A stretch of 54,136 nt of DNA, the filler included, from Sphacelaria rigidula (taxonomy: Eukaryota): NCBI GenBank assembly GCA_964200075.2. It is 4 parts of 4 records of this genome, joined end to end, with 100 filler letters (N's around TTAATTAATTAA, not from the genome) between each part and the next. Parts side by side here need not be neighbours in the genome. Positions count along the whole stretch, not along the records: positions 27,123 to 40,579 come from CAXNAA020002874.1; positions 40,680 to 54,136 come from CAXNAA020002875.1; 2 more parts are not named here. One strand, given 5' to 3'. The notes under the pieces are model-generated. The model was not told the DNA's origin, ran no database searches, and saw only the letters and a program-made list of their open reading frames with translations. The position numbers and the translations under genes are program-made. Shown piece after piece: positions 37,813 to 50,242 of the stretch (its first letter is position 1; each line of letters starts with the position of its first letter).

Positions 37813-37978
37813 AGGCCGCGAGTCAGAAATATCGAACTGGTGTGAAGAACAATAAACGGCAGTACTACCGTAAGGTGATCGAGTTTCATAGTTACCTGGG
37901 GACCAAGACCAACTCTTCAGAGGGGGTGGACGAAAATATCAGATCATCCTTACCAGTCCTACATGTACGTTGACTCAC

Positions 37979-38059
37979 TCCTGCAGGCAGTGCAGCTGCT
38001 CACAGAGGTAGGCATACGCCTTCATATTGCTGTTAATGAAGTTTCCGGCCATGTCCAAA
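37979..38059 (-). CDS. Probable exon (LDMAGNFINSNMKAYAYLCEQLHCLQE)
   Basis: ATAG acceptor, GA|GTGAGT consensus donor, 81 nt, phase 2/2, protein-like codons. Confidence 0.55.
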
Positions 38060-38175
38060 CTATAATCATGAACGAGATACGGGTGCAGAAACTGAGGGGT
38101 CCTATATCGGGAAATGGCTGCACCACCGCCCCCCAGGCCGCAAAAAAGCCTTATCCCGGGGTTGAGGGAGCCTAC

Positions 38176-40400
38176 CCGGTTTCATGGGGAGGGGTGCCGC
38201 CTTGATCGCTGGATGATGGCGATAGTAGTTGCTGCACTGCACCGCACGTGTATTAATCTCACGCAAAGGGTGTGAGTCATACCCTTTGATCTTACGTTAT
38301 TTACATCTCATAACTGCCGCTACCTCGATGTTGGATACACTCCTTTTCTCCATACCATGTCCACAACATTCCCTCTCTTGTGTCGCAGTGCAGGATGAAT
38401 TGCGATATGAAGATATACGCGCTGTATGAACACGCCGGTCTGTCCAAAACGCGGGCGAAGTACGTGATCATCTGCGATTCACACATTGTGCACGTCTATA
38501 ATATCAGAACATTTTCGTGTCGGCTGGTAACACCGCACAGTCAACTTACTGAAATGTACATTTCAGTCATTCAGTAACACTACAGAACTCTTCGTCGTAC
38601 ACCGCCCTCCTCAGCATGGCGGCCGTATCACTGCGATAGTGCCAGGTCGGTCACTAACCGATCTTGCAAAAGCTAGCGGGACTCAATATCCATTATCCAG
38701 TGATCACCGCGAATCAAAAGTCATTTTCCAGCCGAAAAAATTGCTCCCCGATGGCCTCAAGAACGACTGACACACCTAAACTCCTAGATTTTGGGCTGCT
38801 CACGTTGAGGCGAACCCGGAGGTATCTAAATGATCGTTAAACTACGTATACTAGTGGAGAAATAGGAAGAATATTTTTTTTTTCCCAATTTGATCTGGTA
38901 TCTTCCTCATTCTCGACCGCGGGTAGGGGGGTGGGGGGTGGGTGGGGGCGGTGCATGGATTTCCCGATATGGGGCCCCTCGTAAAACCACCATTTGCGCC
39001 TCTCCTTGAACACCCCGTCGCGAGATAGCTACTCGTGGCGATAATGTCGCTAAAACCACAAAAGTCAATAACTGCGTCTCAGTATTGACGCCGCGAATAC
39101 CAAGAGATCGACTACGAGTATTCTTCTTTCGCCATGGTCCCGACCCCTTCTTCTGTTTGGGATAATCCCGTAGTGTAGCTTTCAAATGTGCGGAAAAAAT
39201 AAGAATAAGCAATCTCGACGGGGATCAAGCCATCTCTCTCCTGGTGAATGCCGGACAGTTTACAATCGGAGATTCGACCAACAACCCCGCATCGACCGTC
39301 GTCAAAACACGTTTCTTTGCTAGCCACGTCTCCCCGCTTTCAACCATACATATCAGATACCCCTCAGAAAATCTACCGTGTCTGCGGGGATGTGAAGCGT
39401 CAGCTCTGCCTTAACCGGTATTAGCGTGTGCTACAGCATTGACAGAACACGGGATTCCACCAATTGCGGGTTAATATATTTTTTGAGGATGGGCCTTGGG
39501 AGACGTCATGGATATATATGTATATATATATATATATATTCGTTTGGGAATCGAATGCAATTGCACTCTCTGGCCGTGATGTGTGGCCTTGCTTATCCTC
39601 AAAAGTACCCATTCGCAAGTTTGCAACGTCCCGTCTTCATACCCAACAATTCCGACCTCCGTTCAATCTCGTGTCAAAACCTGTTCTTGTTCGTCAGAAT
39701 TATCCTGTTGACACGGCATTTTACGAATAGCGGATGGTTTTGTGTTTAGCTTGAGGGAGGCCACACATCGCGGCCGGATAGAACCCAAGTAACCTAAACG
39801 TTTGCCCCGATATACATGCGACTGACTCAAACTGCTGACCACATCGCTGTCTCAAGTGTCAAGAGTTTGACATATACGCCTATGTGCCGTGTCGCGACTG
39901 GCTCTCACCGGCTGGTAAGGAACATAGGAGCATGTCCCCTTGTTCGACAGGGGGTCCTCCCACACGCTGAAGTCCAAGCGAGGTACGCAGTGGTAGTGGT
40001 GTGGTTGTTGTCAGGGAAAATGGCGAGCGAAGCGCACAACAACCGAGACGGCGCAGCGAGGGAGACGGACCGCAGAAGAAGGGGGGGGGGGGGGAGGTGT
40101 AAGCAGCAGTGATGAGATACAGGGGCATCGGACCAGAAATCAACTAGCCACACGATAAGACGGGACACGCACCGGCGGGAAAGGGATGATGATACTACAG
40201 TTTGACTGTTCGATGCACTACGCACTGGCGTATCTAGAAACGCACACGCTATTTTCTCGCACAAGCTCTGCCGCGATTCCACCAGCCCCTCCCTCAGGAA
40301 ACTGTGATTCGAACCCTGATTGGTTTCACCTGACTCGTCCTCAAATCTTATGTTGTAGGAGGATACTGGCGTACGTGAATCGGTGCTCGAGCAAACGACA
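38176..40400 (-). CDS. Region with further candidate 5' exons of the same gene (38176-38208 DQGGTPPHETG; ~38356-38422; ~39909-39966 VWEDPLSNKGTCSYVPYQP; ~40173-40400); start codon not identified
   Basis: AG/GT-bounded open segments with partly compatible phases; the chain is not fully closed. Confidence 0.3.
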
Positions 40401-40579
40401 AACAGATCGACTACCGAAGTAATGTCGCTCCATGACTTCGAAAAACTGCACACATATACATTCGAGAAGAGAAAGAGAGCGGCACCGATTTAGAGGCTTC
40501 ATCACTGAGCAATGCTACGGTAGGGTTGCACTTTTTTAGCGAAATTTTGTCTGGTTCAGGGGCTCCTAACGATTCTAGA

Positions 40580-40679
40580 NNNNNNNNNNNNNNNNNNNNN
40601 NNNNNNNNNNNNNNNNNNNNNNNTTAATTAATTAANNNNNNNNNNNNNNNNNNNNNNNNNNNNNNNNNNNNNNNNNNNN
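40580..40679. other. Assembly gap with artificial six-frame stop linker
   Basis: Same structure as 13463-13562. Confidence 0.95.
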
Positions 40680-42901
40680 GTTACATACATACGTTGATTT
40701 TGAGCAGCATGAAGCCACTGTTTTATGCATATGCAGAACACATCATTCCTAACCAGCCTCGTTGGTCGTTCTGGAGGCTCAGTCCCAAAAGGGTTAACTT
40801 TATTTAAATGGTAGAATGACGTTGGCATATTTTTTTGAATACAGTAGAAGCTGCTGTTTTGGTGTACTTTTTTCAAATGTTACATTTATCGGCAAAGAAT
40901 GGGCACCTGTGACCACCTTGGCTCACCGTGCTGTGACATGAGATTACGAGCCCGCGCACGAGCGATGCTTCGCAATTTGAGCCTCAACCTTCGGCAGTTT
41001 ACACTGTCAACCCTGGAATGCCCACCAAAATCACAACTTAGCTACAAGGGGTGTCTCTGGCCACGTACGTAGTACATAACGAGCACGCGTGCGCAGTATC
41101 ACACTGAATTGACCGTTTTTTTCTAATGAAAAGCATCAGTTGATGGTTCAGGAAGAGAATCACTGTGGTAATTCTTCCGTCGCACAAATAGAAGGCCGAC
41201 GTATAAGTACAATGGAAACCATTTACCGAAAAAAGAACATGATCACAGGACCCACGCGGCGGTATTCGGTGTTCACCTGAGAACAAGACGGACGAATTTG
41301 CATTCGACCATCCTCATTCAATTAAAACAGAACCGTGGTTCTGTCTTCACCAATCAAACATATTTCTAGAAGATTCCCACCTATGTATGTCCGGGATACC
41401 CATACAGTGGCCGTTTTACCCAACCGCTGGGCAGCGCCTCAACGCTCCTCACCTATATCCCACCAGCTGTTCGCCGCGTAGATATTGTGCCGTAGGTTGG
41501 GGCGGTTTCGCGCATGACAGAGACAACAGACTATCTATGTTTGCCCAAGTCTCGTAAGGACTTCTTCTGGTCACACGTGCGGAATAGCGAACACAGCAAA
41601 ACTGGCGGCCGAAGGAGTGCCTTGATGCGCATATTGCAAAGCCCCATGCTTTACTGGGGTTGTCGGCGTGTATGTAGCGCGCGAGGACATGATCGCGAAG
41701 TTGCCGAAATGTACCGTGTGCGATTGATCAATCGATTTGATTCATTGATTTGATTTATCGGTTTGATCTGGTTGATGATTGTCGCATGATGACCGATTTC
41801 CAGAGGCTTAGCCATGGTTAGTCACAAGAAAGATGTTCCCAAGGTAAAAACGGGTTGTCGACAGAGAAATATTCGGAAGCTAATGTGCGGTAAGTACTGC
41901 CCAAGCCAGGGGTGTTAACCCTCTGCAGTATGCTTTTGTGTTCACTTGATTATTCTGTATAGGCGTGCGCAGGGAGGCGGGAACACATCGAACTTCCATG
42001 CGACTACTGCTATCAGCTCTTCCCATGCTCCCTGCTCCAGGTGGGCAAGGTGGCACCCTCTCGTATACATGCAGATGACCTCGAAGCGATTGTGCCTGTG
42101 CGTTTCTTTGCGCACGGGTATCACGCGCATGTACTCGCGTGCAGGGGTGCCTTGCATTGCGAGGATGCTGTATGCTTTCGATTGGACACGTAAACGTGGC
42201 CAGAGGCACGCCGTGATGTGGCTCGGTTGCGATTTTTTTTATACGTAGCTAGGGTCGAAAAATATTACTTTCTGTATGTTGAGACCATTTCCGGAAGGTG
42301 TCGGTTGTGCGTGAACTCACAACCCCATGCCAGACTACGTAGTAGAGTGAGTGAGCAAGGTGGTCACAGTTTTCCTTGTTTTATCCATAATTTCGTACAC
42401 ATCTGAAAAAATGAAGTACTGGAACAAAACACGCACAACGAAATTCCAGGCGCGAGAAAAAATAACACCTGCTACCGACGACAACCTCCGAAATTTATTA
42501 TTCAACATTCGGCGACTCTTTGAGCCCATCAAAATGCAGAAAACCACGATCGCTGGAAGCGCGCACAGATATGTAGCGATCGTCGCGTGGCTTCAGGTTT
42601 TTATCCGCGGACTTATCCTTGGATGCTAAAAGCTTTGGTGCCACAAGCCTTTCGGCATGCTCAATTTGGAACCCCCGTCGCCCCGGATTCCCCAATCAAA
42701 CAGTTCTCGCCAATACTTCCAAACAGCCATTTGCAAGGTCATCGCAATGACGGTTTTCACCGCGCTGCTGCCCAACGCCTTCATGTAAATATATATACCA
42801 ATAACAGCATATGTGAAAATGCATTGCACAAGGTTTTTGGCGTGTCCGAAGTTTGCATGAGCTGTACGTCCCAAATATTGAGGCGGTTTTGTAAAAGACA
42901 G

Positions 42902-42911
42902 AACACACACA

Positions 42912-42949
<38 letters not shown>
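42902..42949. repeat. (CA)n microsatellite; others at 12412-12443, 12535-12588 (TG/CG), 3138-3160 (ACC)
   Basis: Seen directly in the sequence. Confidence 0.9.
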
Positions 42950-42950
<1 letters not shown>

Positions 42951-43255
42951 CCGAAGTCCCGCAAGGTTCCCCTCTGACCACTCGTGCAATGAAAGCATGA
43001 TGGCTAACATCAAACCTAGACGTGCTTCATCAAGTGTGTTCAGCGGTGTCGAGTGACTATGGGACGTTTTCTTGCTTTCCGTGAGGAAGGCTCGTCTTGA
43101 AGTGCAGAGAGCGCATTGCATGGGGGCACGTGGCGTGACTCACTCACCCCCCAAAAAGTAGTCGAAGCTCCGTTTCGTGCTTGTTTCAAAGTTGAGATCT
43201 TTGTATATCTGACCGTTGCTCACGTTCGAGAATTGTGCCTTCCTTTCTGGTTCAG

Positions 43256-44020
43256 ACCCACATGAGCCTATGCCGCCGAGCTTCAGCTAGGACTCAAGAG
43301 CAACGCTTGGTAAAACAAAGTCGACGTCGCGCTCAGTCGCTGGAGTCAAAGACGCGCCGAAATGGCGAGGAGCCTACTGCTGGCGCCAATGTAGCCGGTG
43401 CTGCAACAGGAATCACACAGCCAACGTTGCTGTTGGACGAAGGCACGCTGCGGGAATGGTCCACGGATTCACGACGGGGAGCCTTCTGTACGGCTTACGA
43501 TTTCGAAGAAACAGTTTCCGAAGCTGAAAGTGGACCCAACGATAGTGACGGTAACAACAACGGCAACAGCGGTAGCGGCAGTAGCAGCAGCAACAACAAC
43601 AGCAACAACACGGGCGAGAACAATGACAACACTGATATCAATGGCGTTTCGCAAGGCGTCCTGTTGAAGAAGTATATTCCCAACATCTCCGCTACTGGAA
43701 GTGATGAACGCTCGGCGTGTTGTGTTTGCCAGCGCAAGTTCTCGCCCGACCGCATCTCCGTACATCAAGAAATATGCCAGCGGGTTAAAAAGAGGGCAGA
43801 CGATAGAAGGAAAAAACGCCACGACAAACACAGGGAGCTATGTGTCTCACAGAAGGACACGCGGTCTAGAGATTCTGTGTTTCGATATCAAGGGACGAAG
43901 ACCGCAGTATTTTCGCTTGGTCGAAGACGCAAAGGAAGTTGGTGGCGGGCAGTTAGGGCGACAAGTTTGCCGGCGAAGATGCGTCTGATGAATATGGGAG
44001 ATGTCGGCGAGCGCCAAATG
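43256..44020 (+). CDS. C2HC zinc-finger protein (zf-C2HC_2 / ZC2HC1-like), large exon
   Basis: Polypyrimidine-TTCAG acceptor at 43255, ATG|GTGGGC donor. Contains CCVCQRKFSPDRISVHQEIC (C-x2-C-x11-H-x3-C with RKF..DR) and an N/S-rich low-complexity tract; begins THMSLC, which looks like half of another finger. Confidence 0.75.
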
Positions 44021-44232
44021 GTGGGCGCAGTACACGGTAGCCTGTACGTTGGGTTTCGGTTGCAATTACTAAAATAGTAGGGGTAATTGGACACATATCT
44101 CGAGAGGACGTGGGTTCCGTTAGAAGAGCAAACTCAATCGCTGTCCAATGTCGACGTATTTGCCACTCTAACCCCACTGCGCGCCCTCACGCACGCCCCT
44201 CGCATGTCCCGAACTGTTACCCTACCTGACAG

Positions 44233-44931
44233 AGTTCTGCCTTGGGACATGAACAACAAAGGATACTTCCTTCGCATTCAGCGCACGCCGCCCATCACGT
44301 CGGCTTCCAAAATTATCGCGACCTCGATCCACCAACTATGTCCATGTCCTTGTCGTCGGAGAGCTCTCTCGGGGGCATACTCGGCGCAAGTAGGGATCAA
44401 TCGTACCATAGTCAAAGCTCTAGGTTGACCACCGTATCTCCTCACCAGAAGCAGGAATCGGTGGAGCTCCAGCCCACGCGCACACAGAGAACGCGCTCGC
44501 GCCCTGCCAGTGCATTTGCCGTCACCGGATCAAGGGGGCATGCCGGAAGGGGTAGCTTCCCTTGCGGATCCGAGCGAGAAGCGTCGAGTTTTTCTCCGGT
44601 TAGGGTAGTAGCCCGTGGCACTTCAAGGGTGACGGCACGCGCTGCTAGTTGTAGTAGTTCTCCCGCCCCTCCTCGTCGAGCTGACCGAGTTGGTTGTGGC
44701 GATGGTCGTCGCGGGGGTAATCGTGGTGTGCTCCCGAGTGACACTATCAACTTTCATCGAACTTTGCTGGGGAGAACAGACAGGGGTGACGGCAAGGGGT
44801 TCCGAGAGAGCTCTCGCGAGGACGCTGGTGATAGTGTTGAGATTTCCCGGTCTTACCCCTCGAAGTCGTCGTCAGCGTTGATGTTCTTTTCACCTTCGTG
44901 GGGTGCAGGACGAAGAAAACGATTGCTCTGA
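44233..44931 (+). CDS. Terminal exon of the C2HC zinc-finger gene (S/R-rich, likely disordered)
   Basis: CTGACAG acceptor, phase 0 matching the 44020 donor, open to TGA at 44929-44931. Confidence 0.65.
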   Translation, partial: SSALGHEQQRILPSHSAHAAHHVGFQNYRDLDPPTMSMSLSSESSLGGILGASRDQSYHSQSSRLTTVSPHQKQESVELQPTRTQRTRSRPASAFAVTGSRGHAGRGSFPCGSEREASSFSPVRVVARGTSRVTARAASCSSSPAPPRRADRVGCGDGRRGGNRGVLPSDTINFHRTLLGRTDRGDGKGFRESSREDAGDSVEISRSYPSKSSSALMFFSPSWGAGRRKRLL

Positions 44932-45474
44932 TTATTTCCCCTCCTCCAAATGTCCCCAAAATTTACCCGTGCAGCTACAAATACGACGGACGTTTCCCGT
45001 GTAGCTTCGGGTCTTACCTAGACTCTCCTTAATCATATATCTTGTGTGAACCGCGGAGGTGGTGAGTCTTCACGACGGTGCGTTGAACAAAGGAAGCGAA
45101 ACGCCTCGCTCGAGGGCAAGACACAAGGTAGGCCTTAGCTTTAAAAGGGTGTGCCCGTGAGACATGGATTGTACCCACACGAGGCAGTCACAATGCTCGT
45201 CTCGCGGACTTGTACCACCCACCATCTGGACCTTGGTGGGTGCCACACTCAACAAAAACGACCCCAACATAAACTGATCGCCGCAATTTTACAGCATCAA
45301 TGCGATAGACTACCTACATTGCCTCACCCAGCGATACACACAATGAGGATCGACTCAAAACTGGAAAATTGTAGGAACAAGACGACAACTACACCCTAAC
45401 TCTTGGGCAAACCCCCTGTAACCCTCTCCACTCTGCCCCTTACAAGCGCCATCAACAATCTGCACGTCCCTCCG

Positions 45475-45815
45475 CTATCCGGCCAGCTGCACGCGCCCGT
45501 TCTGGCGATGCGGCGCCGACCCTGCTGAGGCAACAGGCGCCGCGTTCCTCACCCTTCCTTCGCTATTTTTATAGTTATGGCCCAGCTCAGCACTGCTGCC
45601 GAACGCGATATTGTTGGTCGCGGGTGTTTCACCCGCGTTTCCAGCCGCATCGCCCTTTCCAATACCGCCTTCTTTCGGCCGGTTATCATCCTCCCCGTCC
45701 ACCTCATTGTACTGTTTGAGACACTCTGCTACTTCGGCAGGGGTCGCCTTGGTGAGCTCCCCGCTTCGGACTACTTGCTCCGTTACCGGATCTTTCCCCA
45801 CGAAGCCAACGTAAC
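45475..45815 (-). CDS. WDR19: WDR19/IFT144 terminal exon (GYVGFVGKDPVTEQVVRSGELTK...QLAG*)
   Basis: CTCAG acceptor; G+GT completes Gly with the phase-1 donor at 48468; TAG stop at 45477-45475. Confidence 0.7.
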
Positions 45816-48467
45816 CTGAGTAGCAATGGTTCAATGTGAGAGAGACGTACACAGAGAAAGATAGCGACAATAGTGATAAAGGGGGAGGGAGGTCTTGCTT
45901 GACACACAGTACGTCCACAACCTCCGTCCAATCCTTGGATTCCCTTTCTGTGGTAACAACCTGGCCTCTGCACCGGATTACTTCAGAGGCTGAGGCTTTT
46001 GTTTGAGGTTTTTTAGGGTGGAACGAACCATTGCATCGCTCGTTCAAAGAGGCCCGAATTCGTATAGAGTTTTAGACTGAAATCAACCATAATATATATA
46101 TATATATATATGGATGTCACAAATCGTCTCGGTTTCAGAGTTCTTTGTGTGGTGAAGCCTCGACGAGACCCGATATTATCAAGTTCTAAAACGTACCAGT
46201 TGGTAGATTAATACTCTTCTACGTCGACCACTGCATGGCACTGTTCTGCACCGACCCACTCGATATGTTCATATCGCGAGGCCTTGTCCTCTCGAGGCTG
46301 GAGAATTTGTCGCAACCGCTGGGGCACGTGTAAAGGTGTGATGCAGAGTCCAACACATGAAACTGAAAAACCCACTATTAATATCCCCGCGAAAGAAAAA
46401 ACATGTGGCTCAAGCCGTAGCTGCTAGTCAGCTGACGACATTGTCTTTTCCTTTTGGTCACATCGATTCAGAGTCTGACAAGAAACAGCAAGGGTTCTTG
46501 ATTCACGAAAAAAACCCCAGACTTCTTCGACTTTTTTTCCCCGAAAAAGTGTGTTTTTCTGTCCGACTTCTTCTCCTGAACATAAATTGCTGAAAAACAT
46601 CCGGCGCCACAGTAGATTTTCGGAGAAACCTGTAGTCAGTCTTGAATTAATATGTTGTTTGACCTGGTTGAAAAATCCATCTCACATTTGTCGGAGAACA
46701 AGCTTTTCTTCCCGAAAAACTCAGAGATTTCGGGGGGAAACAGACAAGACACTATAGTAAGAGCCCTAAGTTTGTGTCAGACGCGCGCCGAAAACACCCA
46801 CACATGACGGTCAGCAATGACACACTTTCGGTTGGAAGCAACACGCACGCGGCCACCCTTTCTCCAGTACTGGACAGATCCCCGTCAACCAAAGATTCCC
46901 TTACAGTACTTGCACCTTCTGTACACAGTGCTCTGCCTATGTGGCTGAACTGCATATCTCTGGATATATCGTAAAAATTATGCTGCTGGTCGATGACAAT
47001 GGGGGCTGAAAGGCGGATGGGGCACGTAACACAACATCCCGCTGCACGCTGTTATTCGCATGTTTCTCTGTTGCATATTAGCATGTGCACGCTCCATCCC
47101 TCTCTGCTTGCATTATGTTTTGACGTATATGCATAAAGACTTCGCGTGATACGTTTTCGATGGAAACTTTGTGTGTTGAACAATAATGCACTTCCATTTC
47201 GAGTAATACACGACATGTACAGTGGTTACGAACACATGTATGTGAGCGTTTTTCTTCTCATGCGAGATTCAAGTTGAAGAGTTGCGTAAAAACATGTCCG
47301 TTTACGCTCGATGGGAGATGGATACGACGCGATGGGTGGGGGAACGAGATGATCGAGCTGGACAGCATGTGTTCCCAGCTAGCTACGCGCAAGTAAGCGA
47401 GGCGTCGACATGATCGCCGCTGCCGTCTCTGGCTACAGTTGCCGTCCGCAACAGGGTCATGGCGCAAGTCGTGCACAGATGAATCAAGTCCCATGAAGCG
47501 GGGGCGCAAGCATCGGTACCATTATTTGTAGGATGTGCACGCCAATATTGGTTTGGCATTGTTGTTGTTTTGGTTTTTGGTGGGATGAAGATTAACTTCA
47601 TTCTCTGTAACAACTTACAGAAAAACGTTGTACCCCTCCCCACCTGCCGAATCCACGAGATATCTCAGACCATACACGAATGCAAACCATGATACCAATC
47701 ATTGGCGCACAAAACCTACGACACGGAGGAAACTGGGATCAGCGTGCACATGCTATATGCCTTGATGTGCACCCGACTCAAATAATATAGTTTTTTGCAC
47801 GAAATTGTTCCTCTCGCCCAAGGGAGAGGATTGTGATGATATTTGCTCTCTCTTCTTCGTGAGAGGCATACCTTCCGCACGCAACATTTGGGGAAGTGAT
47901 GAAAACTTTTACCTTCGCCCTGTGGTTAATTTTTTCTCCCATCCCGCGCTGATTCGAAGATCTATGGTGAAGCTCCATATTTTGGGGTCGATTACCGTCA
48001 GGGCATGATATTCGACCTTGCTCATCAAATACGTGTGAACGCAATGTGAAATTGGTTTCCTCCAGAAAAGGGTCATATATATCACGTCGTAGTATTTTTG
48101 CTTTCGGTGGGAGTCGCGGGATGAAGAATCAAAGACCACGTTTTCCCACGAGCGATGAATGCATAAATGTTTTCAGCGACATCATGAATATCATCACCAT
48201 CATCACCATCATTATCATCATCATCTCATTCAACAGCAGCAGCGACCGAAATGAACATCTTCCACTGGGAACGTGAGTATTCACATATCATCAACTGAGC
48301 AGGGGGGCGGGGGGGGGCGTACTCATTTGTTGCTTGCCTTAGTCGTTCGACCATTGACCACGCATCCCTTTCCAGACGGAGCACAACTGAGCAGGGACGA
48401 AGCAAATTGACAGATTGCCTCCAAGGAACCTGTACTATCGTCTACCATTGCAGAGGGCCGGACTAAC

Positions 48468-48606
48468 CTCGGCTGTCGCCTGGCCCTCTCAGTACCGACC
48501 CCGCTGCCGCCGACGCTTCTTTGGTGTCCCCGCTTGACCCAGCGGCGTCATCCTTCTCATCCCCACTGTGTTTGGATTCTCTTCGGCCTTGCGGCACAGA
48601 GTTTTC
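48468..48606 (-). CDS. WDR19: WDR19/IFT144 low-complexity insertion exon (ENSVPQGRRESKHSGDEKDD...GPGDSR)
   Basis: TCAG acceptor, G|GTTAGT donor, 139 nt, phase 0/1; closes the frame between flanking exons. Confidence 0.7.
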
Positions 48607-49002
48607 CTGACGATGAACATGCGCCATGTCGCGAGGAGAGATTGCGGGGTGTGGGGCGTAGCGGTTTGTAGCGATTGGTAAGGAGCAATTGTGAGGCGCA
48701 AGGAGGATAGGGGAATCGGAACTGGATGATGAGGAGGATTTCTTTGTCTTCACGCCATCGCTGCGGCGAAAAACTGACAGACATCGCAGTATCCCTCTGG
48801 GTGCTTCAAGGTAGGTGAGATTCTGGAAGTTTTGCCAAGCGGGCTGAAGGCGTAGCAGAGGATCGCAGAGGGTAGGCGAGGAAGTACGAAGCATGTATGG
48901 TGAATATAGGCCTTCATGGCACGGGTTTCAGCCGAACAGCTGAGAAAGATAAAGGTCATAAACGCGAAGCGAGAGCGTGGTTTCTCCCCCGGACCGTCGT
49001 AC

Positions 49003-49125
49003 CTGCTCGTATTGTAGGTAGCTTTCATAATGAGATAGCAAGGCGGGCATTCGCGAACGTGGGCAGATGCACCAGTCTTCCTTCACCATGTGCCGTCCAG
49101 TGACTACACACATGGGGATAGCATC
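49003..49125 (-). CDS. WDR19: WDR19/IFT144 exon (DAIPMCVVTGRHMVKEDWCICPRSRMPALLSHYESYLQYEQ)
   Basis: CCAG / CAG|GTACGA, 123 nt; matches WDR19 '[20 protein letters not shown]'. Confidence 0.93.
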
Positions 49126-49573
49126 CTGGCAATTGTACAGGGGCACGGGCGGGACGTGCGTTCAGTACAGTTCCTAGGAGCAACGACGGAGCGCGATACA
49201 CACACATACATCCACACAAACATATATATATATATATACATGTGTATCGGAATAACACTAGATTCACTTCACACGTCCTCAGTGACTCGTACCTAAGCTT
49301 TTAGGAGACACAAAAGCAGTGACACAGTCGATATAATTAGCAGTACTGCCAGAGAGGCGCAAAAACTGCGACCCTTAATAGTTCATCATCAAACGAGCGA
49401 CTGCGGACGCCGTATTTGCTTGACAACGCCTACTTAGGCAAACGCTTCGAGGAATAAATTCGTCCTCTGTCGGAGAAACTTAATCTCGTTGTCCATCGAT
49501 TCTCCCTTCCGATAATCCCCTTTAGTGAACGCCCCCGACGTGAAATTTAACATCGATCAGTCAAATTATTCAC

Positions 49574-49726
49574 CTTAGTCGTAGGACACTCGAGTTGCGT
49601 GATGGGCACGTCGACCCCGCTGATAGGACTTCGCGACGTTGGTTCTGGCTCCTCGTCTCGATTTGGCCGGCGCACGATGGCCTCAATGTTTCGGCGGTAC
49701 TTCTTGTCTATTTGGCCTCGGTACTC
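49574..49726 (-). CDS. WDR19: WDR19/IFT144 exon (EYRGQIDKKYRRNIEAIVRRP...CPTTK)
   Basis: GCAG / AAG|GTGAAT, 153 nt; matches '[21 protein letters not shown]'. Confidence 0.93.
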
Positions 49727-50059
49727 CTGCCATCCGTTGCGAAAGGTGAGAGTGACGAGTCGACTGTTCGGTCCGCCTTCAATTGTGCGGAAGTGAAATC
49801 GTGGAACGAATTGTCCACCTCGAGCGTACGTACGGCACTGTCGTATGAACAAGAAGTCCAGATGCGTCCTTCCTTCACAAGGAGAAACAGCGAGTACGAG
49901 ATCTGCTGTACGCAACGACAACCCCTTGGTTCACTCACCAGACACACAAACCAAGAGCTTCAGTATGCATAAGAGTCAACCACCTCTTGTGTGTGTAGTT
50001 TCCCATCGCACAGTCAACACTATTTCGCCTCGCTATGGTACTAAACGCGGCCCACCAAC

Positions 50060-50242
50060 CTGTCTCATGAGCGTAGACGCGTATTCGAAGGCGGAGTTGC
50101 GCAGACCCGCCCGTTGGCACTCGATAACGGTGGACGTGAGGATGGGCACGATGTGCGTGGGGAACCTAGAGATGTTGCGGGCGACCCTCAGGAGCATCCG
50201 TGCCGCACCTTCGTGGTCTCCCCGCCTCACCATCTTTTTAAC
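50060..50242 (-). CDS. WDR19: WDR19/IFT144 exon ([61 protein letters not shown])
   Basis: ACAG / CAG|GTTGGT, 183 nt; closely matches the conserved '[34 protein letters not shown]' block. Confidence 0.96.

Noticed and set aside
42294..42346. CRLC-containing segment as the missing first half of the C2HC finger
   Set aside because: Available donors give the wrong spacing or phase, and the usual R(K/T)F motif is absent.
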